Shown here in pieces: positions 14,936-30,413 of a DNA stretch of 64,000 nucleotides; positions within the stretch are counted from its first letter, which is position 1, and each line of letters starts with the position of its first letter. The stretch spans positions 132,990,001 through 133,054,000 of the forward strand of contig OZ024745.1 of assembly GCA_964016885.1 (NCBI GenBank). The letters are read 5' to 3'. The position numbers and the translations under genes are program-made. Under the pieces are notes generated by a model. The model was not told where the DNA came from. It saw only the letters and a program-made list of their open reading frames with translations, and searched no databases. The DNA comes from Eledone cirrhosa. Lineage: Eukaryota.

Positions 14936-14936
14936 G
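14710..14936. repeat. (GATA)n plus (GA)n microsatellite
   Basis: Directly visible. Confidence 0.95.
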
Positions 14937-16721
14937 GAGTAAGGAGAGCGTAAATGAGAGAAAGAGAGAAATATTAGGTGATATTCTGATAGATTAAGCG
15001 AATAGTAAAGAGAAGAAAGAAGTGTGAAAGTAAGGAAGTAATATAAAACGAAGTTCAGGGATTTAATAGGACAATACATCAAAATATAAACAAAGATTAC
15101 ATTCTGAATGATTCTAGAAATTACATCGAATAAAATAATATTATAGAAGAATCCATGTATACTTGATTGAAGAAATAAATTAGTAATATTTTTCAACACG
15201 AATGATGAGTTGTAAGCAACAGCATAAGAATGTAGATTCGGGGAGAAAGCGAAGAGGATGAAATATAACTATATATAGGATATGATTAGACATTAATGGC
15301 GACAGTGAAGATCAAAATATGTGAATATTGGGAGAAGAAAAACAAAGTTAGCAGAAATTGTTGGTGATGGTAAAAATACGCAATACTGTTGATGTATGAG
15401 GAATGATTATATATCACTTGATTGTTTGTGTAGATAAACCGTTGTAGATATATGAAACCTGATAATGCGTGAATATCATTAAAAATTGTGATGAGTTTTG
15501 TGATAGATCTAAATGTGTTGTTTAAAATGGAGATCAGAAAGAGAAACAAAACAAAATAACAGAGCTGAGAGAGGGAAGGAATAAAAGAAAAGACGATAAC
15601 ATTAGAAATGAAATGGCTTCAATCTAAGCTTCAAAGTGATAGGAAAAAGTTGAGTAGTAAAGCGAGAGAATGAGATATTTGGGAAAAGAGAAACGATGAA
15701 ATCACAGAGAGGAAATGTATTAACTATTTAAGCGAAACCATAACAATAGAATATTGAAATAGAAAGAAAAGGAACTAAATATGGAAGTGAAACTCTATGA
15801 TAAGGATAAGGGTGTGTGAGGGAACACGTGAGAAAAGTGTAATGGAAAGTGTCTTAACTGGATAAAGGATGATAACAGTAGTATGCTATATCATAAGAGA
15901 ATTGAAGAAGGCGTTTAATGAAGAGCATTGAACTAAAATTATAAACTTGAATGTATGGGTAAGAAAAGAAAGAGCTTCTCAAGAAAGAAATAATTGATTC
16001 TTATTATAAGAGCAAGATATATTTACAGAGAATTTATTATCAACTTCTCTTGACTAGATTCGATGTCTTTCTTGTTGATGATTAGACACATAGCGGTGAT
16101 AAATCTAATTTTAAAACGATAAGCGTTAACAAAGAAAAGAGTAACGTAAATATCCACCAAAATATAAGTGAACATGAACTGATAAGAACATCTTATATAT
16201 TGCTGCATAATACGTTTGACCTTTTAAAGTAAACTCAAATACAATTAATCATTGTTTTATGAAGCAAGGAACATATCTTTTAATCCTAGATATTGATTTC
16301 TCATGTTAGATCTGTGGAATGAGACGAATCGAACTCGGTATTTTAGTGTCCGTAGTATTGGAGATTAAAAGAGATTTGAATCGTGGCTGAACATCGTAGG
16401 GACACATTTGTAATGAGAGAAACAGTTTATTCTGAAGAGTTAGAGGATAAAGTTCCAGGATTAATCATTCAGTCAGTCATTTCCTGCACCAAAATCATAC
16501 AATGGAGTATCAAACATTATAAGGGAACATCAACTTCATAATAGTATATTAAATAATTGAAAATAATTAAATTTAAGTTGGTTGTATTCATACGTAGTAG
16601 TAATGTTAATACCATATAGAATTCAGTACTTATATTAAATCTTTAAATCAAGTATATCAAATGTTTCCTGTTCTTATAATGAATTACATAATGTTGCTGA
16701 TAAATAAATATGGTTGAAAAA

Positions 16722-16840
16722 AATGAGCATCCGGCAGTCTTGGCCCCCAGACCACATCCCTAATCACTGTTCCATGGCGTCTCCATTGCTGTCCTGTAGG
16801 GCAATGTATTCTCCATCCTGTCGGCCGGGACAAAGAGGTG
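16722..16840 (+). mobile_element. Second CRE-like 3' remnant
   Basis: Translates ASGSLGP... then LFHGVSIAVL*GNVFSILSAG, homologous to ETSGVLGP...LFQRVSLIILRGKVFSILST at 2552-2797. Confidence 0.6.
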
Positions 16841-17215
16841 GGGAATATTCGGTCGGACGTCACTTTTCTATCTATGTCTTTAAACATTTCTTCGAAGTTC
16901 ACCACTAGGAAAGACAAAGGAATTAGTTGACTTACTATGTACTATTAATACACTGGTGCAAAATAAATAAACTTCTATTTTCTTCTATAATTTGGGGTAT
17001 GGCGTTCTAAATCAATGAGATTATTTCCAGCGTTACGTGTTGCGTATGTGTGGCGTAACCTGCAGAAAGGCCGAATTGATTTGGTGGGTGTATATGTCAT
17101 GTTAAGTAAGAAATTAAATACTTTCAGCATATACACATAAATTGTTACACTGACTCATGCAAAAAGGCACATACACAGACGTACACACACACACACAAAA
17201 AGGCACATACACAGA

Positions 17216-17368
<153 letters not shown>

Positions 17369-18006
17369 TATCTCCTAGACCTAATGATTAAGTGATTAAT
17401 TTAATTTGCCAATTCCATTGATTGGTTAATTATTTAAGTTTGTTTAATAACGGTCTGGTTGAGTGCTTCATTCAGTTTGTGTATGGAATTTTTTCCATTG
17501 CCCATAATTTTTGAATTGACCGCCAGAAACCGGGGTCACCTACCTTTGGAGTAATATCTGCTTCACACCGGATTTTGGGTTAGAACGAAAGCCTGTTGAG
17601 AAAGTAAATTCCTCTGTTCGATCTTCCTGAAACCTAACTTGTATAAACCACAAGCAGATGTTGTTGATTTCGGATTTACAGAAACCTCACTTGGATATTC
17701 AGTAATTTCCAAGTCGCGGTCCAGGTATGTTATATATACAGATATGTGCATATATGTATGTATCTACATTTTTATATGTATATATATAAGTATGTGTATG
17801 TGTGTGTGTGTATTTCCTTTTCTCACTAATCAGTTCTTTCGTTGTTACAGATCACGCGGCTAAATTAGCGGTCGCTATTTTCAATTTGCAAAGCCCTTTA
17901 AACTGTATGTTATTACTCAGAGGTTTATTCCTTGTCGAGTGCTTGGCTCCACTACTGAAGGCATTCGTTGGCTTGGCTGCTGATCGAACTTCGAATATGC
18001 TGTACA

Positions 18007-18105
<99 letters not shown>

Positions 18106-18651
18106 AGTGGGAGATGTGGCATAACGACTCTGTGCCAAGCGGTTTCGGTTTGCGTCGGAACCGCTCGGCGCTGCGATCAAGATTTTAAATATATCTATAT
18201 CCACTCAGTAGCTGCATTGAGTACCCCCATGATTACCGGTATCCCCGGATCTCAGCATCACACACACTCTCAAGTGTTGTCACAGCACAAGAATGTGTTC
18301 ATGAGTATTATAAAGGGCGTCACATATTGAGTTTAAGATAGGTAGAAACATCGGTGAAATATCTTACCTGGCAGGTAAGCAGTGTAGATCGGTAACTGAA
18401 GAACTGGTGAGGGGCAGAAACCGCTTCCTTCGGAATATGGCAAAACAATTGAGTGAAAGATCAGTGTTGTGAGAAAACCCTCAACAAGTAGTAAACTTCA
18501 CAATAACTACTTTATTGGTGACTAAGGCAAACATTTAGTGCAGAATAAGAGGGACCTTGTGACAAAATAGCGAGTAAAATAGATGACACAAATAACAAAT
18601 AACAATAAAATAAAACAATGAAATTCCCCACAGTCTCTCACTAGAGATATT

Positions 18652-19210
18652 AGACTGTAGTACGAGACTGTAGGACGAGACTGTAGGACGAGACTGTGGG
18701 ACGAGACTATAAGACGAGACTGTAGGACGAGATTGTTGGTGTAGACTATAGGACGAGACTGTTAGACGAGACTGTTGGGTGAGACTGTGGGACAAGACTA
18801 TAGTACGAGACTGCAGGACGAGACTGTTTGCGGAGACTGTAGGACGTGACTGTAGGACGAGACTGTAAGACGAGATTGTAGGACGAGACTGTAGGACGAG
18901 ACTGTAGGACGAGACTGTTGGACGAGACTATAGGACATGACTGTTAGACGAGACTATAAGACGAGACTGAAGGACAAGACTGTTGGACGAGACTATAGGG
19001 CGAGACTGTAGGACGAGACTGTAGGACGAGACTATAGGACGAGACTGTAGGACGAGACTGTAGGACGAGACTGTGGAACGTGACTGTGGGACGAGACTGT
19101 TAGACGAGACTGTTGCTTGAGACTGTGGGACGAGACTATATGACGAGACTGTAGGACGAGACTGTTGGACGAGACAGTAGGACGAGACTAAGATGAGACT
19201 GTAGGACGAG
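18652..19210 (+). repeat. 13-bp minisatellite (consensus GACTGTAGGACGA), about 43 units
   Basis: Tandem units are visible; the antisense ORF has a matching 13-aa periodicity. Confidence 0.95.
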
Positions 19211-20011
19211 AAAGCTATTGACAAGATATGGGATATCCAAGGAGTAAGACAGAGAAATTTAATGTACTTTGCACATATATTATATGACTCACCTGATCAG
19301 TCTAACTGGTTTATGGTTATGGTGGGCAGAGAATATCTATCAAAGTTAAAATATGTCCATAATTTCATTTTGTTTTATTTAGCATTAAGGCAACCTCCAT
19401 TTCCGTTGCAGTTTATAAACTCCATAAATGAAGGTGAGTTGTAGTTTTTAATTGTTAGGAAAATCACATTTCACTGAAAATGATATCGATAAAACTTATC
19501 TATACTCCAATTGATTATATAATTATAGGCTCTCTCTCGCCGAGAAACTGCATTTCTGGAAGCACAGTAGCTATCATGCGGAAATCTGGGGTGATTTGTA
19601 ATTACCTCCAAACGTCGACCATCTGTCTTAGATTAGTTTCAAACAGTTAATCCGTATAATAATGGCAATATAAAATCGAGGAAATGACTCGAGCTATCTG
19701 CTTCATTTAACTCCTATTAGAGCCGTTATTCTGTAATAGTGCATTCTTATGAAATACTCGAACATTCGATAGAAATTTTCCTCAGGTGACCTGCTTCGTC
19801 TAATGGAAACCAATTTTACCAACGACCACCTTTACCAAACACCCCTTTTTCCAAACGGACTGAGGCTAAGGCTTCCCTCATATGAGATATCGGGAATTCT
19901 GAATAATAAGTGTGCAAACCAACAACTACCCACCTTAATTATACACTCTATACAATCTACTGAAATTTCATGGCTTTGTGAATATACACCAGTCTCCATA
20001 CATACTTGCGT

Positions 20012-21253
<1,242 letters not shown>

Positions 21254-21408
21254 AACGAAGGAAGTGTAGTAAGGAACGCGATTTACCATAATGCACCAGA
21301 ATACTCAATACATAGGGGAGTAGAGTGGGTAATAGGAAAAAGTTTAACCCAGTCCAGAAATAGCCATCGAAACGGCTTGAGCTCTGCCGTCGGGGTTAAA
21401 CTTTTTCA
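21254..21408. mobile_element. Short PLE-terminus-like element, family F (inverted pieces) in (TA)n
   Basis: Homologous to 26134-26324 and 44235-44672; contains GAAACGGCTTGAGCTCTGCCGTC. Confidence 0.65.
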
Positions 21409-24176
21409 TATATATATATATATATGTATATATGTATATATATATATATATATATATAAATATATATATATATATTTCGTTATCTAAATATCTAACTTTC
21501 TAAATACTTATCTATCGTTCCCTTATCAGTCTGTGTGTCTAGCTATTCATCACTCATTCTATATATATTGTCATGTGTACACTTCTACATATCTGCTTAT
21601 CTCTATCTATATTTAATTAGATGTCTGATTTTAAGATTAATTTGATCAAACGAAGTTTCGTATTTCATTCATTGAATCATTTCAATATTTCATTAACTCT
21701 TGCTAACATTTTTATTGCATTTATTCTTCGGAGAATTAATTATGTCGAATACGAGGAATGAAATTAAAATAATGCGTTGTATCACTTATTTAGCTTTGCG
21801 TTCTTTCCAATCCATAATCCAACGCATTTTCGAGGAGAAAAAACGTACATTAAAAGAGTTTCTTATCAGCGAGCATCTTATTCTCACAAACAGTGATGTT
21901 GTTTTTTTTTATTGTTATTTAAATATATTGGAAGGTAGTTATTGTGACTATGTTAATATAAGGGTATGTGTATGTGTGAAATTTAATTGGAAATAAACGA
22001 AAAAAATCAATAAAGTGTAAGTTCAATTATTCATTGAGATATTTAGTAACTTTTTCCGTTGGTATGGGAATTAGAATTAAATAGCATAAATCTTTGTGAA
22101 ACGACAGAGACCCATTGGCATATTAATTTATTTTAATGATACAGCACCATGTACGAGATTAGTAGATTAGTGAAAGAATATTTGAAGAATGAGAGAATCC
22201 CATGAACTATGCAAATGCATGAGCATATCAATTAATTTACCTGAGAGGTGTGTAAGTGTGCAGCTCTTTGGACCATGGGTATCAGGATAATCACAGCCCT
22301 GTGCTAATCGGATACAAACCCAATTTTGCGAATCACATATTTATAGGCTACATAGCCCGTATTAAATTAATTATCACTATGATGAATAGAACATTTTATT
22401 ATTCACAAAATCCTTTCTTTATCACGTATTGAGCTTTCATTCAACCATCCGATTTTTGAGAACGGAAAGCAGCAAATACACAACGAAAACCAATTCAATA
22501 GTAAATAAGAAGGTGCGATTTAGCTCAAAGTCAGATCAGATGAGATCATTTAACTACAGTATCATGACAAGTGTATTATTCAACCTTACACCCCAGAAGA
22601 TCAGTGATACATCATAGAGATAGCCATTACGGTTTATAAAAGAATGGAGCTGAAAACTCAATCCACCCTGTTCCCAATCGTCTAGTTACAACATAATAAT
22701 TAATGCTTACTGGTGACATCATTTCTGACCACGAGACATTAAATGAGGAGTTTTAAACAACCCCAATAAACCATTGTATCATTTTGAATTCATAAAAGCA
22801 TTACATATGTCTTAAGCACGTTACACCCGTTGTATCGTCTACAACCAGCTATGCCGTGGTCAGTGTCTGAAGCACGTTACACCCACTGTATCTGAAGTAC
22901 GTAACACCCTCTGTATTTTCTATGGTAAGCTATGTTGTGGTCAATATCTGATCAGAGAATTAAAGAAGTGAGTCAACGACTTGGACGTCTGTTTCGAGGA
23001 TGGAAATGAGTGGTCACCAAGAAAGAGTAACACCGACGGATGTGTTTGTACATAGAACCTAAAATGTTTACTGAAAAACATTTAAAATAGGTGATTTCAG
23101 TATAAGGTTTGTATTCTGTAGAGCATGTGGCAATGGTGTTGATGTTTGCTGCGTGTTCAGACATGTCTATAGGTATATATACATACATAAATCAGCAACA
23201 AAGACAACAAGAACGACTGCACCAGCGGCTAAATACCCAACATGGCTATTTCTGTTAACAACAACAATAGTAGCCGAGGCGATTACAGCAGCAGCAGCAG
23301 CAGTAGCAGCATTACCATCAACAATAACCATAGCACTAACGCCTGTGGCAAAGATGTCTGTCTCTGACGTCACACAACTGGAAACGGACTTCAACGAGCT
23401 TGGGGAATGGCAAGCCGTCTACCACAAGAACAAGAAAAAAGATAAAACTGTTTGTCTTCGCCTAAGAAAGTGGGGTGGATGTGTGGAAAGAAGCTAAATC
23501 CATGACGTAACGGTACTTGTCAGCTCTAAAAATACGCCTGTAAATAGGAGAACTGAGAGAGAGGGTTTACACTAGTGGTCAAGGTTACCGTGTGTTTTCG
23601 TGAGCTTTCTTCACGAGTGACCTTCACCGAGAACAATGCGTTCAGCGTCCAGCAACCGTATGCCATGTCTATGAAGCCTATTTAAATCGAGCGTAAGTCG
23701 AATTGTGGACAAACTCTACTAGAACTATCTATTTCCGTACAAAATACTCTACCTAGATACGATTTGGATGGGTCATTCCGGATCCCGGACGGTTTCGACG
23801 TGCGTATACCTCATAGCCACTGAAATCGAGTGATGGTGGTGGTAGTGATAATGGTTTGGTATTTGTTGTTTCAAGGCTATAATTGTCTCACGCGAGGTCA
23901 ATATTTCATAATAGACAACACTCTGTATATCCCACCAGACGCAGGGCATAAACTTTTCTGAGTAGAGTTCAGGTTTTGGTGTGGTTTCCCCGTATTCCTT
24001 TGCTGGTGACTATTGCCGTTTTCTTTGGGTATATTGTAAATTACCCACGTTTGATCACTGGGTATAATTATGCCTAGAAAGTGGTCATTAGTAAGTCTAC
24101 TCGGTACTGAAGAGCAAAGGACAAGTCTTTAATGAAGTTGAGTAGTGGTCAGAGTATGTGGCACCCACTGGCAAAG

Positions 24177-24345
24177 TTAAGACATATTTACTAGTCTGTG
24201 ACATGTATTGAACACTTTTACCAATTTTCGTGCCGTTTGCTTAGGAGCGCCTTCCATCACATTCCGTAAAAACTCGTGATCGAGGGAACTCAGTTGCCCT
24301 ATTCGATGGGAATCACTGTGGGAAACGGTTCCTGATCGAAATTGG
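24177..24345 (-). mobile_element. Mariner-type transposase N-terminal HTH remnant
   Basis: QFRSGTVSHSDSHRIGQLSSLDHEFLRNVMEGAPKQTARKL resembles the mariner pattern FRSG..SL.D..RSGRP...D...L...VE..P..T.REL. Confidence 0.65.
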
Positions 24346-25424
24346 TCAGACAGTTGGAGATTCATTTTTATAAACAGAATAAATATTCCTTGCCACATCT
24401 GTTGCTGACCCCTGTTTGTATTCATATAGCATACACTGACGTATATGGGTCTGATCAGCACTCAGGGTTCAAATTACATAATCTTAAGCAATGTCACATT
24501 AGATTAATTTTAAAAAAATATGAAAAGTTTATATTTCATTCAGTATTGAAAAAGTGACTTCCAAGTCATTATATCTAAAATGCAACAGGTATATGTATCC
24601 AACCTATTATATATCGAGTGATGTAGGGGGGGGGGGGGGGGGGGGGGGTAATGAAAAGTTGTTATTATGTTTATGTTCTTATCTATATTCATGCTTTGCC
24701 TTTAAACATCACTTCTCACCTATAACGTATCTATTTCAACATAAATACGGCTGAATATATTTAGTAAATAGGTATTATTTGATGTAGATACTGATATTAT
24801 AAACGACTAGTGTTTGATACTGATATCTCATCAAATTTATTTTGTATTTTAAAGGCTGAATAAGAATATTTTACTTTATATATTTTAATTCTAGTGAATT
24901 GTATTATAACAAACCTACAAACGCACACGTAGCTTATGGTTATCTCCATTCAATCATCGAAATATGACGCAAATGCCATTTTATATATTCTATCATTTTC
25001 ATATAATTACTAACTGTAGGTGATGTGAATGTTGAGTCAGAGAATTAAATGTGAACAAAACCTAATAATGAGGATAAACACTTTCCGACGTAGGTTTGTC
25101 GTGGACATAAACACTTGCCTGATCAACATACGTTTAGGCGAAGACATGTCTCTGTTTGGAAATAGTTTCATTCACAAACATACGTTTCAGGTTTCAATCT
25201 ATCTGCTCGTCCCTTCCGTTAAAGGCAGCTTTGTAGATCCTCAGACATACAAATATTTTATTCATAAATTTTGGCAGTTTATGAATGGGCTAAGACCGAC
25301 CATGTACACATACACATGAACACACACTCACACACATACACACTCACACACGCACGCACAAATATTTACACAATTTAATTACTTTGCTATTGAAATGTGT
25401 ACACATTGGTTTGAGACGCTCATG

Positions 25425-25468
<44 letters not shown>

Positions 25469-25690
25469 ATGTGTGTGTCTGTATGTGTATATGTGTGTGC
25501 GTGTGTGTATGTGTGTGTGAGTGTGTTGTCTTTGTGTGTTAGGTGTGAACTTCATTCACAGGTAGCGCACCTTTTGAAGCACTCAATGCTGTTACGAGTT
25601 CTCTCTCCATTGAGTTGTTTTCCAGAGTTAAGGCGACTATAGAACAAACTTTGTTGGCATATTACAATTGTGTTTATATCGATCAGCGTT

Positions 25691-25746
<56 letters not shown>

Positions 25747-25747
25747 T

Positions 25748-25781
<34 letters not shown>

Positions 25782-25913
25782 CAGAGAGAGATGGATAGAT
25801 AGATATATTACTTTATTAGCCAGAAGGGCGCACAAGAAAAGGGGACAATACAAAGACATGCCGGGGATTTTACATACAGTCTTGTAAAAAATATAAAAAG
25901 AAACAATTACAAC

Positions 25914-25968
<55 letters not shown>

Positions 25969-26011
25969 GATATATGTGTGTGTGTATATATATGTATATA
26001 TATATATATTC

Positions 26012-26062
26012 ATATTTCTGATGATTTCTCCCGAATGAAACAGTTCTAGTCGTGTAGAAGCC
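26012..26062 (+). ncRNA. Degenerate copy of hammerhead family B
   Basis: CTGATGA-T-TTC-tccc-GAA-T-GAAA-CAG..GTG-TA. Stem III has a mismatch and stem I is eroded. Confidence 0.5.
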
Positions 26063-26072
26063 TTTCTATATG

Positions 26073-26133
<61 letters not shown>

Positions 26134-26135
<2 letters not shown>

Positions 26136-26323
26136 AATGAGTAGGACCCCGACGGCTAAGCTCAAGCCGTATCGACGGCTAATTCTGCCGTCGAATTAGC
26201 CGTCGAAACGGCTTGAGCTCAGCTGTCGGGATCCTACTCATTCCTATTACCCACTCTACTACCCTAAGTATTGAGTACTTTGGTGCGTTATGGTCCATCT
26301 GGTTCCTTACCACATTTCCTTCG

Positions 26324-26324
<1 letters not shown>
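26134..26324. mobile_element. Fold-back element, family F, in (TA)n
   Basis: Inverted repeat about 26133-26246 centred near 26188, plus a 3' extension ending CCTTCGTTATA. Homologous to 44235-44420. Confidence 0.7.
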
Positions 26325-26375
<51 letters not shown>

Positions 26376-26415
26376 CAGAGTCCACGCTTTGCCTGGATAC
26401 TTAGATGAGAATAGT

Positions 26416-26495
26416 CTTCCCTGACGACGGAATGATTCTCAGTATTTTCTTCGGAAAATATATTTATTCCATTCCAGAAACTAATTAGTTGGAAG
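26416..26495 (+). ncRNA. Type-I hammerhead ribozyme motif, family A copy 1
   Basis: Stem I CTTCC/GGAAG; CTGACGA; stem II GGAATG/CATTCC; GAAA; palindromic stem III CTAATTAG; GUU site, predicted cut after 26490. Confidence 0.8.
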
Positions 26496-26936
26496 TGATA
26501 TTTTAGTAAGTAAGTTAATTTTATAATTTTCTTCTTTTACGTCTCTCATATTATTGTTCTGCAACCCCATGCATTGAACCACAAAGTTACTAAGACAAAA
26601 CCTATATTTTTGCTAGCATCGATATGCATCTGTATGTATATATATGTTACTAGATATTAATTCTTTATAATTATCTCCAAATTATTTGTCGAACAATATT
26701 GGCCATGACTGCTGCTATGGTAGCAGGCAGGCCGCTGTCTTATTAGCAAACCACTTTTCACTGATTGACCTCGATGTCACGTGATTGATTTTTTTGAATT
26801 TGCCACCGACGCAGAGGCAGTGATTTTCTCAATGCCTAGGAATTCAGTCCACGCTTTGCTATTTTCTATCCACTGAATTATTTTTTAATAAGTTTCCAGA
26901 GTCCACGATTTGCCTGGATACTTAGATGAGAATAGT

Positions 26937-27016
26937 CTTCCCTGACGACGGAATGATTCTCAGTATTTTCTTCGGAAAATATATTTATTCCATTCCAGAA
27001 ACTAATTAGTTGGAAG
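26937..27016 (+). ncRNA. Type-I hammerhead ribozyme motif, family A copy 2
   Basis: Same sequence as 26416-26495; predicted cut after 27011. Confidence 0.8.
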
Positions 27017-27062
27017 TGATATTTTAGTAAGTAAGTTAATTTTATAATTTTCTTATTTTACG

Positions 27063-27185
<123 letters not shown>

Positions 27186-27629
27186 GGATGAATATAAAAT
27201 GAAAGTGCTTTTGTTAAAAAAGGAATTTATTAGGTATTGACATATGTTTCTGTAACAGACCGAATACCTATGTATCGCTGCTTGCGTAATCATATAATGT
27301 TAGCAAGTATTCGATAGCAAATGTATAATCAGTTGTCACTTCTTCAGAGATTTTGGATAAACTGGATAAAATCAGAAAAATTGAAGTATTTATATTAGTA
27401 AAAGAGGAAGGAACAGAGGGGATAGAATATGACAGATGGTAAAATAATTTACTGCTAAACAAGTATATAATGGGTTTTTAATGAGAATACCATGAGTAAA
27501 TCTAAATAAGAATTTTGGGAGTGCCGATTTTAATCTCTACTTGACCAACTGGACAGTGGACAGGGCTGGTCATTTGGTGCAGTAGTATTAATCATAAAGT
27601 GTCAATTGGGGAAGGGGGAGATTTCGATT

Positions 27630-29868
27630 CGACGAATCAGATGGAAAACATTCCATTTTGACAAAAGCCGTATAAACCAAACATCGGATCTTAACAAGGA
27701 TAAATTTGGATTTAAATCTTACAAGAACCCACCCTCAAACCCACTTTTGGATGCATTTGAACAAGACCTAATGGATATAATCATGGAGATCAAATTTACA
27801 AAACGTAAGAACAATAAACTACAGAATGACATCACGGCACTGCTCAATAATCTAAAAAACGCCAATGGAGTTATTGTTAGAGCAGACAAAACATCAAACG
27901 TATATACCATGGATGTGGACACTTACAATAACTTCATCCGTAAGGAATTGCATAAAAAATACAGGAAAACTAATGAAGCCACACTTAAAAACATCAACAA
28001 CTCGGCATGTGATATTGTTAAAAAACTTTGTATTGACGATAGAACGCAACCCTTAACACCAGCTATACCATCCTTCAACCTGAAGGACCACAAGGTAAAC
28101 TTCGATACTAACCCTAATATTAGACTTATATGCCCCTCTAAATCTGATATAGGTAAAATTAGCAAATATATATACTAGACAGAATTATCCCCCAAGTTAA
28201 GGTTAAAGTAGAGATTAAACTATGGGGTAACACTCATGAAGCAATAAGATGGTTTAACAACATTACTGATAAGAATAAATCAAAATTTATTCAGTTTGAT
28301 ATTGATGAATATTATTCCTCAATTTCACCTGATACTCTACATGAAGCTCTTTCGTTCGCTAAGGATAATTCCGACCTTACGGATGCTGAAATTAAAATTA
28401 TTATGGAAGCGAGAAAAACTATAGTTAAATTCGATGATAGCTACTGGGTTCGCAAAGATAGACCTTCTAATTTTGATATCACTATGGGTTCTAATGATTC
28501 GGCGGAAGTAACAGATCTTGTGGGAATTTATATCACCCACAGATTACAAGGAAAATTCAAGGATCTCCACGGTGGAATTTACCGTGACGATGCGCTCCTA
28601 TTAGTTAAGAATATGAATAACCAGAATTTAGAAAGGATGCGTAAAAATATCAGAAAACTTTTTAAAGAACTAGGATTAAATATTACATTTGAATATAACC
28701 TCAAAGAGGTCAATTTCCTTGATGTTACTTTCAATCTCAATACAGATACGATTAAACCGTTCCATAAACTAAATGAGAACCTTAAATATGTAAATACGAG
28801 TTCTAACCATCCACTCTCTATAATTAAATCCATCCCTAGAAATGTTTCTCTTAGAATCTCCCGCCTATCGTCCAACCAACAAACCTTCAAAGAACATGCC
28901 GAGTATTATGATGATGCACTTAGGAAAGCCGGTCACCTAGATAATATAGAGTATATAGTCAATGATCACCAAAACACCCAAAACAAATCACATAGGAGTA
29001 GAAATAGCACAGAATCACCACCATACATACACTACCGCAATAGACACAATAATAGTCGCACACCACCAAACAGAAGGCGATGTAAGGAGTATATCTGGTA
29101 CAACCCGGTCTATAACAAATCTATTAAAACCAATCTACCCTCAAAATTCTTTCGATTAGTTAGAAAACACTTTCCAACATCACATAAATATAATAAAATC
29201 TTAAACCCTAACACCATCCGACTTTCATATTCAACCGCCCCTAATATTGAACAACATATAAAAATGCTTAACGCAAAACGGTTGTATAAACGCCTTCCAA
29301 CACATAACAATACACGTAAAACATTAGCTATAACATCACAAAACAACAAACAACATCCTGTCCTACATAAGCAACCTCATCAACCCATCCATGGCAATAC
29401 AACAACGCAAAATTGTAATTGCAACTGTGTCCAACCAGGAATGTGTCCGTTGAACAATCAGTGTCTTGAACGCAACATCGTATACAAATGTACTATCGAA
29501 TCGGATAGACAGAAGTGGTACTATGTGGGATCTACAGCCACCTCCTTTAAATCACGCCTTTATAGACATCGTTATTCGATAAAACATGAAAACCAGCGTT
29601 ATGTAACAACACTCGCAGACAAGGCTTGGCAGCTGCGTGAAAATAACCAACAATTTCACCTAAAATGGGATATAATAGCGACTGCCCCCCCCCCCCCCCC
29701 CCCCCCCCATATTCCAATGGACAGGAATTTTGTAGATTATGTAATGTAGAATTATTTTGTATTATGAAATCCAAAAACATTTTATTAAATAACAGAATAG
29801 AGCGATCGTTATACTGTAGCCATCGCTTAAAATCTACATTTTCATATTATAAATACTACCAGGATTGA
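27630..29868 (+). pseudogene. PLE reverse transcriptase + GIY-YIG endonuclease, 5'-truncated, two frameshifts
   Basis: ADKT, KDHK, RLICP.KS, QFDIDEYY, MGS, GIYRDD, FLDVTF, SNHP, CNC..CPL..C, IVYKC..YYVGST, FKSRLYRH, CRLC..E, LN.R.E..CSH. Frameshifts at the TA run near 28170 and at poly-C 29685-29708. Confidence 0.92.
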
Positions 29869-30413
29869 ACGCCTGTCTCTATCCCCGTTTGATTGTCAAA
29901 ATAGATATGAACATTCTTTATTAGTCTTAATTCTATCAACTCTTCTATTATTTACCTTTTAATACAAACTGCTATAGATAAAATGAGATTTCTGATTTTT
30001 TGATTCAATTCCCTAGTGCATATACCAGCTGACTACTAGCATTGATGTTATTTAGTAGCAATCGAAATCTCCCCCTTCCCCAATTGACACTTTATGATTA
30101 ATACTACTGCACCAAATGACCAGCCCTGTCCACTGTCCAGTTGGTCAAGTAGAGATTAAAATCGGCACTCCCAAAATTCTTATTTAGATTTACTCATGGT
30201 ATTCTCATTAAAAACCCATTATATACTTGTTTAGCAGTAAATTATTTTACCATCTGTCATATTCTATCCCCTCTGTTCCTTCCTCTTTTACTAATATAAA
30301 TACTTCAATTTTTCTGATTTTATCCAGTTTATCCAAAATCTCTGAAGAAGTGACAACTGATTATACATTTGCTATCGAATACTTGCTAACATTATATGAT
30401 TACGCAAGCAGCG

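Noticed and set aside
14950-16450. Purine-rich stretch that might be a decayed LINE ORF2 on the minus strand
   Set aside because: No RT motif could be read with confidence; it needs a translated HMM search.
18390-18440. CTGAAGA...GAAA-CCG..CGG hammerhead-like string
   Set aside because: Lacks the U of the NUH site, and stems I and II do not pair.
18652-19210. Regular repeat array as a possible CRISPR
   Set aside because: The 13-bp units are contiguous with no unique spacers, there are no cas genes, and the context is eukaryotic.
24626-24648. Long poly-G run (also poly-C at 29685-29708) as a G-quadruplex element
   Set aside because: Simple homopolymers of uncertain true length, with no supporting context.
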